From IMG/VR virus record IMGVR_UViG_3300002175_000051: 64,000 bases of DNA. The stretch is one strand, 5' to 3'. A model generated the notes under the pieces. That model saw only the letters and a list, made by a program, of their open reading frames with translations. It searched no databases and had not been told where the DNA came from. Of the stretch, positions 36,735-45,323 are shown piece by piece. The number at the start of each line of letters is the position of its first letter. Position 1 is the first letter of the stretch. The DNA comes from an uncultured virus (IMG/VR IMGVR_UViG_3300002175_000051). Its lineage: Duplodnaviria; Heunggongvirae; Uroviricota; Caudoviricetes. The translations under genes were made by a program, and so were the position numbers.

Positions 36735-37934
36735 TTACAGGTGCGATGGAGGGGGCACTTCCGTAGTTCTTTCGGCAATCGGCCAGCTCCTGGCGAGGCT
36801 GATGTTCCTGGCTATACATACGCCGCGGCCCTGATCGTTGGTACGCAGCCCATAACGCTCACGGCACTTGACGTTATGTATGTCAACGCGGGGATCCGTG
36901 AACCTATCGGTTGTAAGCTTCTCGCGCATCAGGACTTCGCCAATATTATTCCTGTCGATGCAGAAAAAATCATAGGTCCTCGCTTCTTTGTCAATAGGCG
37001 CAAAAGGCGACAGGTTCACTGTAAACGAAAATGGTAGCCTGCCGTTCATGCTGCCGGGGCCCAACTGGAACGAGGCGTTAGGCGACTCGGGCGCCCTGCC
37101 CATAGACCCTACCAAGCCGTTAAAAGCCATAAGCGGCCAAACAAGCGGGTGGAAGAAAAGGTCCGTCGGCACATGCTCGTTATTCATTACGGTAATGATC
37201 AAATCCAAAAGGTCGTCAACCGAAAGCGTGTCGTTAAGCTGGTTGTGGAAGTCCACGCCGGTCGTCCCGGCTTCCGGATGCTCGTCGCGGATCGCGTTGT
37301 CAAAGACCGTCCAGCCGTGCTTGCGCCATTCGTAGAAAATCTTTTCTTCTTTATGCCGGGCCATGGCCTTGCCCTGTTCCTCGGTCATAATGGATATAAT
37401 CGCCCATTCGGCGTCCTGCAAAAGCTCCTCGGTATAAGCCACGCGCAGGCCCACTTTTAAAATGCTGACCGTGTCGGTCTGGTGGGTCTGGATCGCTAGG
37501 CCCTCTTCGGGGTACTCCATGCCTTCGGCCAGGTCGTGTGCGCGGATCGTGCCAATGGACGGGAATACAACGATATTTGCGCTGCGGACAGGGATTTCTT
37601 TATACAGCTTGCTTACGAAATTCTCCACCTGCTGCGCCCTGCGCATTGCGCCTATAATGGTCTGCGGCATAAGGATCTTTGCCTGCGGCGTCGCGAGGAA
37701 ATCGTGAAAATTAAACCCTGGGACAAACTCGCCCTTTGTATACTTCTCAAATGCGTCGTTGATTACCCTGTCGTCGTCATTAAGCTCGTAAAGCGAAGCT
37801 TCATGGTACGGGATCTCCTCTTTGCTGTCCGATGTTATTATCCGCTGCAAATTTGATTGCAGCCTGTCTTGGGCGGCAGTCATGGAAGTAATTATATTTT
37901 TTACGTTATCGCCGTATTTTAAAGTATTAGCCAT
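36735..37934 (-). CDS. Major capsid protein (HK97 fold)
   Basis: Size and position; AEGMEYPE..KVGLRVAYTEELLQD..MARHKE..RERYG; strong AAGGAGTG ribosome binding site. Confidence 0.85.
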   Translation of the reverse strand: MANTLKYGDNVKNIITSMTAAQDRLQSNLQRIITSDSKEEIPYHEASLYELNDDDRVINDAFEKYTKGEFVPGFNFHDFLATPQAKILMPQTIIGAMRRAQQVENFVSKLYKEIPVRSANIVVFPSIGTIRAHDLAEGMEYPEEGLAIQTHQTDTVSILKVGLRVAYTEELLQDAEWAIISIMTEEQGKAMARHKEEKIFYEWRKHGWTVFDNAIRDEHPEAGTTGVDFHNQLNDTLSVDDLLDLIITVMNNEHVPTDLFFHPLVWPLMAFNGLVGSMGRAPESPNASFQLGPGSMNGRLPFSFTVNLSPFAPIDKEARTYDFFCIDRNNIGEVLMREKLTTDRFTDPRVDIHNVKCRERYGLRTNDQGRGVCIARNISLARSWPIAERTTEVPPPSHL

Positions 37935-37966
37935 TTATATCTCACTCCTTTTATAGTTAGTCAGGC

Positions 37967-39334
37967 CTAATGCGGGATCATCTGTATCTTAACGGTGCCG
38001 ACCACGCCGACGAAATCGGCATATGTCGGGACGCCAACAAAAGCTTTCCTAAGCTCCGCGTGCAACATGCCGGCGGGCACGCCGCTTAACGCGCCGCTGT
38101 CTACCACTATCGTGACCCTGCCGCGGAAATGGTCCACAAATACCTGTATGCCATTGCCGGGGCTAACTAAATCGGAGCCGCCTGTAACCTGGATAATATT
38201 ATTGTTCGGATCTAATACGCCGCCGGTCTTCATTGTGACGGAGCCTTCGACCAGCCTGCCCACATCCTCGCCGTAAGGGCCGCGGAACGTAAACGTGGCG
38301 GCGTTTCCAGGGGCTATGCCGGGGAATGTAGCGTCAACAAGGTTGTCATCGGAATCAAAAAGCTGGCACGAATAGAACGTGTCGTTTATGCCGAAGCCCA
38401 TGGTTGCGCCCGTGCCGTCATGCAGGCCTGGGATACCGGTCATTTCGCGCTCGGTCATGTAAGGGGAAATATAGCCTGCGCGCTTGGTCAAAACTTCGTG
38501 TACGCTCGGGTCGTATGGCCACGCTATGCCGTAGGCGTTCCTCTGGTTTATATCGTCCCCGGGGAAACCGGCGCGGTTATAAGGCGCGTCTTCGTGCATC
38601 TCGTTCATGCCCCATAAAATCCAGTTAAGTAAGCCGTGCTTTTTCTGGTTCCAATCGCATGACAAAATTTTGCCTACGCGCAAGTCGGGGTCGTCCGTGC
38701 CGCGGATCCATTTGCAGAAACGGCCCGACGGGGTCATGCGCACATAGTCGCCGGCCCTGACCTGGATGCCTTCAATGGAGTCCGGGTTATTGATAAGCGC
38801 GCCCCAAGGATTTTTAAGTGCGCGGGTCATTACGGCCTCTTCCTGCACCATTTGCGCCTTGGCTAATGCCGGGTTAAAGAAATCAGCCGATGTCGCGGTT
38901 ATAATCTGGGGGGTATAAGGGATCTCTATTACCGGGTTGGTCCTTATGCCGGGCTGGTTCCCGCCAAATTGATTTTCTTGGAATGCCGGGTCGATGAGGT
39001 TATACGGCGCTATGCCGAACCAGTTCGGGTATTGCGTCTGATACATGCCAGGCAGGATTATGGTATTAACGAACTGCTCCATGATATAGTCGTTGGTCGG
39101 CTCGCCGAGGGCCACGATCCTGCCCATAGGTATGACTACATCCTCGTTTTTGAGGCCGCCCCACTGGTGTTTGAACATAATGCCGTTTTCCCAGATAGAA
39201 GCGAGGTCAGGATCCCTTTTAAAAAGGGGGGAGGTGATCCACTTTATAGCGGGCGCGTAATCGTCCGAGACGATTAAGTGCATGGCGGCGTTACGTTCAT
39301 CTTCTCTGCGGATAGTCGGGTTTTGCATTGCCAT
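37967..39334 (-). CDS. Capsid decoration/stabilising protein
   Basis: Between protease and capsid genes; VVIPMGRIVA..GIAPYN..AGDYV..GRF. Confidence 0.6.
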   Translation of the reverse strand: MAMQNPTIRREDERNAAMHLIVSDDYAPAIKWITSPLFKRDPDLASIWENGIMFKHQWGGLKNEDVVIPMGRIVALGEPTNDYIMEQFVNTIILPGMYQTQYPNWFGIAPYNLIDPAFQENQFGGNQPGIRTNPVIEIPYTPQIITATSADFFNPALAKAQMVQEEAVMTRALKNPWGALINNPDSIEGIQVRAGDYVRMTPSGRFCKWIRGTDDPDLRVGKILSCDWNQKKHGLLNWILWGMNEMHEDAPYNRAGFPGDDINQRNAYGIAWPYDPSVHEVLTKRAGYISPYMTEREMTGIPGLHDGTGATMGFGINDTFYSCQLFDSDDNLVDATFPGIAPGNAATFTFRGPYGEDVGRLVEGSVTMKTGGVLDPNNNIIQVTGGSDLVSPGNGIQVFVDHFRGRVTIVVDSGALSGVPAGMLHAELRKAFVGVPTYADFVGVVGTVKIQMIPH

Positions 39335-39337
39335 TAG

Positions 39338-40721
39338 GTTTCGCGCTAAGAACCCCTAGTTTAGCTATGAGGAGGAAAGCGCTTCTCTCCTTTATATTGA
39401 ATTTTTGGACAAAATATGATATATTATCACTGTAGGAGGTGATATTATTAAGCTTGTTATAGCCGCAAAAATTAAGATCTTGCCTACCCTAGATCAAATA
39501 GATAGTTTGAAAATAACTATGGACGCCTATAAAAACGCTTGTAATTATGTTTCCGAATACATTTGGGTAATTAGAAACCTTAATTTTTATATTATTAACG
39601 ACGCGCTTTACTATGATTTGCGGACACGGTTTAATCTTAGAGCGAATATGGCGCAATCAGTTATTAAAACCGTTATCGCTAAATATAAAACTATACAAAC
39701 AAACGAAAACGAATGGATACAGCCATATTTTAAAAAGCCACAATATGAGCTTGTTTTTGGTGAAGATTATAGTATCGTAAAAGGACTTTTTAATATAAAC
39801 ACTGTAAACGGCCGCATTAAGAAAATACCGTTTGAAGTTAAATCAATGAGACAATATTTTGACGGCACATGGAAATTCGGGACCGCAAAGCTAATTTATA
39901 AGCACGGCAAATGGTTCTTGCATATCTCGTGTTCAAAAGAAATAGATTTGCCTGAAAAATGCTATATCAATAATATCGTTGGCATTGACCTTGGCGTTAA
40001 TTTTACTGCTGTTTCTTATGATTCAAATTCCAATACTATTTTTTATAGCGGGAAGCCAATAAAACATAGGCGCGCCAAATGCAAAGCAGTCCGGCAAGAG
40101 ATTCAGAACCGCCAAACTCCAAGCGCACGTCGCAGGCTTAAGAAAATCGGCTCAAGAGAAAACCGTTGGATACAGGATGTTAACCATCAGGTATCTAAGG
40201 CACTCGTTGAAAACCAGCCAAAAGGCACCCTTTTCATGTTAGAAGATTTAACCGGCATCCGTGGGGCAACTGAAAAAGTAAAGTTAGAACATCGTTATGT
40301 CATAGTTAGCTGGGCATTTTATGACCTGCGGAAAAAGATTGAATATAAAGCTATAAAATATAATTCTAAATCAATTGCCGTAGATCCTAAATATACATCC
40401 CAGGAATGTCCAATGTGTGGCTATACGAAAAGTTCCAACCGCAATAAAAAATTACATAAGTTTCAATGCACAAAATGCGGTTATAAATCCAACGACGACC
40501 GTGTTGGCGCAATGAACCTTTATAACAAGGGAATAGAGTACCTTGCAAACCCGCAAACAGCATAGCGGTTAATATAGGGCATGTCCCTGTATTAAGGGGC
40601 GCGGTCAATCGCCCCGCAATGTAACGCCACTGCTGGAAAATCGGCAAGCCAAAGGTAGGAGGTATAACAACCGTCCGTACTACCGGGCGGTTATAAGCTT
40701 TGTTTTAACATAGCAATTGAC
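39338..40721 (+). mobile_element. IS200/IS605-family (IS1341-type, tnpB only) element
   Basis: Left-end hairpin-like AACCCCTAGTTTAGCTATGAGG just after TTAG (39334-39337). Right end terminates in TTGAC (40717-40721). AT-rich interior, no tnpA. Confidence 0.8.
39447..40565 (+). CDS. tnpB: RNA-guided endonuclease TnpB
   Basis: RuvC motifs GIDLG, MLEDL and NDDRVGAMN; zinc ribbon CPMC/CTKC. The N-terminus extends in frame to KLVIAAKIKILPT after AGGAGGT. Confidence 0.93.
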   Translation: MKLVIAAKIKILPTLDQIDSLKITMDAYKNACNYVSEYIWVIRNLNFYIINDALYYDLRTRFNLRANMAQSVIKTVIAKYKTIQTNENEWIQPYFKKPQYELVFGEDYSIVKGLFNINTVNGRIKKIPFEVKSMRQYFDGTWKFGTAKLIYKHGKWFLHISCSKEIDLPEKCYINNIVGIDLGVNFTAVSYDSNSNTIFYSGKPIKHRRAKCKAVRQEIQNRQTPSARRRLKKIGSRENRWIQDVNHQVSKALVENQPKGTLFMLEDLTGIRGATEKVKLEHRYVIVSWAFYDLRKKIEYKAIKYNSKSIAVDPKYTSQECPMCGYTKSSNRNKKLHKFQCTKCGYKSNDDRVGAMNLYNKGIEYLANPQTA

Positions 40722-40740
40722 GTTTACTCACTCCTTGTTT
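40566..40740 (+). ncRNA. Putative omega RNA (reRNA) of TnpB with flank-derived guide
   Basis: Structured region downstream of tnpB (hairpin GGGGCG-CGGTCAAT-CGCCCC) up to the right end. The guide would start at 40722; the 5' boundary is unknown. Confidence 0.6.
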
Positions 40741-42187
40741 TCTTTTTTTCAATTATTGCGTCGGCATATTCTTGGACCGTTTTCTTTTTGTTCGGCGCAT
40801 TAGACGCCCCTAGGACGATTGTCCTCGATTCAGGGTCAACACCTGCTGCGTTGTTGTTGACAAGCCCTGGGGGGCTTACCGGGGGGACTGCCGTAGACAC
40901 GCGGTTCACGATACCGTCAAATTCTTTTTTGATATCGAGAATTGTTTTTTCGGCATATACGGCGTCGTCTATTTTTTGCCTGCCAAGCGTAGCGATGGTA
41001 TTTTTCATGATTTCTTTAAGCTGGCGCCCAAGCGAAAGCGTCTGGTTCGTGCGGGTGCTTAGCTGTTTCGTTAAAACTTCATTTGAATCTTTTAGTTCTT
41101 TATTTTCAGCCGACAGCTTTTCATTTTCAATTTGAAGCGCGGCATTGGTCGTCGCCAATAGTTCATTGTCGGTTTTCAACCGGTTGGCCTCTTCTTCCAG
41201 CTCTTTTATTTTTTTGATGTTTTCTTGCCCTGCGCCTTCTTCGGGGCCCGTGGCTTCGCTATCTGCATTTTCCTCATCCCCAGGCTCTTCGCCATCGGCG
41301 TCGCTATCGGCATTTTGCTCATCGCCTTCATCTTTATTTTGGGCGTCCGTATCTTCCGAACCGGACGATTGTGTTTGATTGCCCGCGCTGTCGAGGAAGT
41401 CCGCTATTTCATCGATACCGGCGGAGCTGTCTTTGCCTGGGCTATTATCCGCCGAATCGCTTGCTGAACCGTCAGCCGTCTTCTTGATCATTTGAAGGGG
41501 GCCGGTCTGCTTTTTGTCCGCGGGGGTATTGACAACGGAGACTTCGTAATATGTACATTCCCCTATGGTCCAATAGCAAGTGACCATTTCTTCTTTGTCT
41601 TTGCCCGCCGGCGTTTTGGTCACTTTTTTATATTTCTCGCCGAGCCAGTGGCCGCAAAAGCCTTCTTTGAGGATCTGCCTGTCGCAGATCTGGCAGGTAA
41701 GCTCCTTTACCCTCGCGCCGATGGAGACTGTTGAAAAACGCCCGTCCAGGAATTTATCGATGGCGTCCTCTTCGGTTATCTCCATTGTCAAAAATATTGT
41801 TTTCGAATCCGGGTTTGTTACCGAATCGCCGTACTCCGCTTTAATTACCCTGCCGATTGGGTCCCCGCTATATGAGTTATGGTGCTTTAGGACTGGCTTG
41901 TTATGTGGGCTTGTCCATGTAGGCGTAGACTTTCGCATTTTTTCGCCGATATACTCGGTGAAATTTTCTGTCTTGCCATCATGGGTAGCTTCAATGATAA
42001 CGAGGAGGCTTTCTACATCGGCGTTCCTTGCGTCTGTTACGGTAATGAATTTAGTTTCTCTATTTTTGCCGTCATAGAGGGAAGCATTTTTATATACGCC
42101 TTGCTTATTGTCAAAAATAAGATCTATAGAATCAAAAAAATGATCCATTGCGGACGGATCGAATTCCCGCGTTTTATTTTCACCCAT
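40724..42187 (-). CDS. Prohead protease with C-terminal scaffold
   Basis: PVLKHHN..PIGRV..TVSIG..CQIC..CGH..YEVSVVNTPAD, then an acidic linker and coiled coil. Confidence 0.85.
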   Translation of the reverse strand: MGENKTREFDPSAMDHFFDSIDLIFDNKQGVYKNASLYDGKNRETKFITVTDARNADVESLLVIIEATHDGKTENFTEYIGEKMRKSTPTWTSPHNKPVLKHHNSYSGDPIGRVIKAEYGDSVTNPDSKTIFLTMEITEEDAIDKFLDGRFSTVSIGARVKELTCQICDRQILKEGFCGHWLGEKYKKVTKTPAGKDKEEMVTCYWTIGECTYYEVSVVNTPADKKQTGPLQMIKKTADGSASDSADNSPGKDSSAGIDEIADFLDSAGNQTQSSGSEDTDAQNKDEGDEQNADSDADGEEPGDEENADSEATGPEEGAGQENIKKIKELEEEANRLKTDNELLATTNAALQIENEKLSAENKELKDSNEVLTKQLSTRTNQTLSLGRQLKEIMKNTIATLGRQKIDDAVYAEKTILDIKKEFDGIVNRVSTAVPPVSPPGLVNNNAAGVDPESRTIVLGASNAPNKKKTVQEYADAIIEKKKTRSE

Positions 42188-44339
42188 TTATCTCTGGCGC
42201 TCCTTTCGTTAAGTTATAGTATTCAATTTTGATATTGTCGCTGAATAAGTCGAAGACAACGGAAACGTCATTGATAAAATCAATCTTATTATTATATACT
42301 GACGCGGAATATTGGATTGTCCTAAACAATTCATCGAATAAACAGGATATGAATATATTCTTCTGTTCCGGGCATGTATTGCCTATCATGTTTAAATCAA
42401 ATATTTTTTCTTTTACGGCATGAAGCGCGTCGGTTATCTCCCCGTAATATACGAGGAGGTATTTTTGCGGATCGTACGGCCTTAATGAAAAATTACTGTC
42501 AGGCCATAATTTGCGGCTGATATTTAAAACATTTTCTTTCGCGCTATAAAGCTCCTCTATTACAAGCGGCAATATTTCATCAATTTGGTTAGCCTTTGCC
42601 CCGGCTTCCCCGCTGTCTGGCGAAACGCTGTTTGTCCGCCGCTTGGCGCTGGGGTTTTTACCGTGTTGGTTGGCTGGCTGAGTTTTGTTCCCGGCCGTCC
42701 CGTCGGGCTGTTTTGTTTCGGCGTATTCGGCTTTAATTTCAGCCTGCCGCCTTTGGACGACTTCGATGTACATTTTGTCGCGCTTGTCCTGGTCTTCCAT
42801 CTCAATCGGGTCGCGGCCTATCTCTTCGCGCATCTCGTCTTCCGTGATGGCGTGCTTTTCGTATTTCATGATTGCCTGGTTCTCTAATTTTTGCTGGCGG
42901 TCAAGGTCGGTGTTTCTAAATATAAAAAATACTTTGTCGTCGTCGTTTAATATAGGGTCGTAGCCGCCCTCTATTAAAAGTTCCTTTATGATTTTATCGA
43001 AGATAAAAATTTGCTGGACGCGCTGGTAAGCGGTTATCTTGTCCGAGACGGTGCCCATCATGTTGTCGGCGGTCGATCTGTTGGCCGTGTCCCCGCGGCC
43101 GAAATACAGTTCAGGCAACCCTATGCCGGTAAATATCCTCTGTTCCCAGTACCTTAAATACGGCTCGCCGTTTATTACCTGATCGGCGGCGACAGACTTG
43201 ATATCAACATTATGTGTGGTTACTACGCCGCCTTCCCGGTCCATCCTTTGGATCGTGTTTTCCACACGCGTTACGTCCTGATCATTCGCGGGGTATTCGT
43301 CGGTGCCTACCTTTACATGGTAGTAGGGGAAAATATTGCGCCAGATTAAACGCAGCACGCTTTCCTCCGCCTCGCGCAAGGACAGAACGTCTTCAAGCAC
43401 GGGGACCAGGAAAGGCTTGCCCCAAAGCTCGTCCTTTTCTTTGCGGTAATAAATATGTATAACGTCTTCCGGGCGGAAGGTTTTTTCGGCGCTTTCGTCC
43501 CTAGACGACTGCTTCCACTGCTTCACCGTGCCGAACTGGTCCCGCCTTGCCTGGAACGTGGCAGCCGGCGCTGTAAAATACCCGGCCACCGGCTGGAGGC
43601 CTGCACGGCCGGCAATAGAATAACCAGGCGGCAACTGCAACGGGTTATTCATCCTGGCTTTTAGAATCATAACGTTGTGGTATTTTATTAAATCTTCCGT
43701 TATATCATAAAAAAACTGATCTATCGGCACCTGGGTAGTTTCGGCCATATACGCGAAACGGTCTTTTATATATTTAACGGCGTCCTGGTTCCTGCCGGTA
43801 ATTACATAGCCCTCTTTCCACATCAGGTCGATGTACTTGTCTATGCCGGCCCTTACGTAAGAGTCTGTGTCATAGGCAAGCATTATTTCGGCGAAATTAA
43901 TTTCCTGCTCCTCAAAGTCAGTATCGGTAACGTCGCCGCTGCGGAACCCGATCCTACGCGCAAGTATTTGCTTCGGATCGGTGTTCAGCGGGTTAAACCC
44001 GCTGCCGCCGCCACTTCCGGACCTTGTGCCCGTTGGCGCGTCGCGTATGATTATGTCTGGTTTTTTAGGCTTGCTTTCAGCGCCGTCTTTCCGTGGCCTG
44101 CCGGGCCCGCGCTTGACGGGCTGGGCGCCGTTATCCCCGGTCTGCGTGGGTTCTTTTTTTTCGGGCGGGATATTTTTATTTTTTGGCGGCCGGCCCTCGG
44201 ATGGGGGCCTGCCGCGCTTCTTTTTTTGTTCCGAGGACGACCGGACAATGTCCGGGCCTGACGATTGTCCAGACGATTGGACATGATCATGTCCACGATT
44301 GTGTTCGGAAGCTTGGTTTTTTTTGTTGTTTGTAGGCAT
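42180..44339 (-). CDS. Portal protein
   Basis: Between terminase and protease genes; FRPEDVIHI..WGKP..GDTANRSTAD..ITEDEMREEIG. Confidence 0.85.
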   Translation of the reverse strand: MPTNNKKNQASEHNRGHDHVQSSGQSSGPDIVRSSSEQKKKRGRPPSEGRPPKNKNIPPEKKEPTQTGDNGAQPVKRGPGRPRKDGAESKPKKPDIIIRDAPTGTRSGSGGGSGFNPLNTDPKQILARRIGFRSGDVTDTDFEEQEINFAEIMLAYDTDSYVRAGIDKYIDLMWKEGYVITGRNQDAVKYIKDRFAYMAETTQVPIDQFFYDITEDLIKYHNVMILKARMNNPLQLPPGYSIAGRAGLQPVAGYFTAPAATFQARRDQFGTVKQWKQSSRDESAEKTFRPEDVIHIYYRKEKDELWGKPFLVPVLEDVLSLREAEESVLRLIWRNIFPYYHVKVGTDEYPANDQDVTRVENTIQRMDREGGVVTTHNVDIKSVAADQVINGEPYLRYWEQRIFTGIGLPELYFGRGDTANRSTADNMMGTVSDKITAYQRVQQIFIFDKIIKELLIEGGYDPILNDDDKVFFIFRNTDLDRQQKLENQAIMKYEKHAITEDEMREEIGRDPIEMEDQDKRDKMYIEVVQRRQAEIKAEYAETKQPDGTAGNKTQPANQHGKNPSAKRRTNSVSPDSGEAGAKANQIDEILPLVIEELYSAKENVLNISRKLWPDSNFSLRPYDPQKYLLVYYGEITDALHAVKEKIFDLNMIGNTCPEQKNIFISCLFDELFRTIQYSASVYNNKIDFINDVSVVFDLFSDNIKIEYYNLTKGAPEING

Positions 44340-44354
44340 GGGTACACCTTCAAT

Positions 44355-45323
44355 CTAATCAAAATTAAAAAGTGCCTGTTCCGTCTCTGCGAATTCCTTG
44401 AACCTTAAATAAAACAGTTTGAAATTTACTTCATCCAAATATTGATATTTAAAATATTCTTTGTTTTCATTTTCTAAGACAGCCTTTGATTTTGATTTTA
44501 TTTTAATTGCGGATTTTTGCGTCACAGGGTTATTTGACGCCAATAAACCAGTAGACCGGAATATCCTTTCCTGTGCGCCATAGATATTATTCAGGAGGTT
44601 GACGGGGGCATCGGAAAATGTGTTTTGGTCAAGCCCGTTTTTGGCTTGGGCCATCATGGCGGAATTTTCAAAATTGGCCTCGCGGATAATATCCATTTCA
44701 TTTTGATCGAACACAAAGCCCTTAGGGCTGCCGGCTTCCGCCCGGACCGCCGAGACAAGCCTGCCCAGGTGGAACAGCCGCCTGTCAAGAAGTTTTTGGG
44801 TTATGTAATTTGTCTTTAAATCGGCGTTTAAAATATCATAGTTTATCGTATTGAGGTTTTTTTCGTGTTCGGCCATAAATGAGTCCATGAAGGAGTCTAT
44901 CTGGTTCAGGATTTCATAGTAGTCGGTTTGGACCGCGCCAAAGTTTTTAACCCTAAATAAATCGAAAATCTTTTCAACCTGTACGACGGATTTATATAAA
45001 ACATCGCCAAGGGCAGTTTTTAATGCTGGCGATGTATCTATCGAATTCATTTCGTTAATTAAATTGCCTGTTGCTTTTATGTTATCGACAAAGGATTCTT
45101 GCGTAACAAAAGGGCTGTACGCTACGGTATTTTTAAACTCAGATAATAGTGTTTCAGCGGCGGCGGCTTCTTCGGTAAAAGACTCCGCGATTTTATTGAA
45201 ACGCGAAAAAATATAATACCGCAGGGAGTCGGGGCGGAACTTTAAAATATCAAAAATACGGTTGTCAGGACGGCTGTCCGGGACATGATCGCCTTCGCGT
45301 TTAATATTTTTCATTTCCGCCAA
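44355..45323 (-). CDS. Hypothetical helical protein
   Basis: 322-aa ORF with AGGAGG ribosome binding site, overlapping the terminase end. Confidence 0.6.
   Translation of the reverse strand: MAEMKNIKREGDHVPDSRPDNRIFDILKFRPDSLRYYIFSRFNKIAESFTEEAAAAETLLSEFKNTVAYSPFVTQESFVDNIKATGNLINEMNSIDTSPALKTALGDVLYKSVVQVEKIFDLFRVKNFGAVQTDYYEILNQIDSFMDSFMAEHEKNLNTINYDILNADLKTNYITQKLLDRRLFHLGRLVSAVRAEAGSPKGFVFDQNEMDIIREANFENSAMMAQAKNGLDQNTFSDAPVNLLNNIYGAQERIFRSTGLLASNNPVTQKSAIKIKSKSKAVLENENKEYFKYQYLDEVNFKLFYLRFKEFAETEQALFNFD

Noticed and set aside
39258..39276. Palindrome TAATCGTC-CGA-GACGATTA as a member of the dispersed repeat
   Set aside because: It shares GACGATT but has a different architecture; a single instance may be chance.
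39338..40721. IStron (group I intron plus IS)
   Set aside because: tnpB is antisense to the host operon and only ~110 nt precede it, too little for a ribozyme core.
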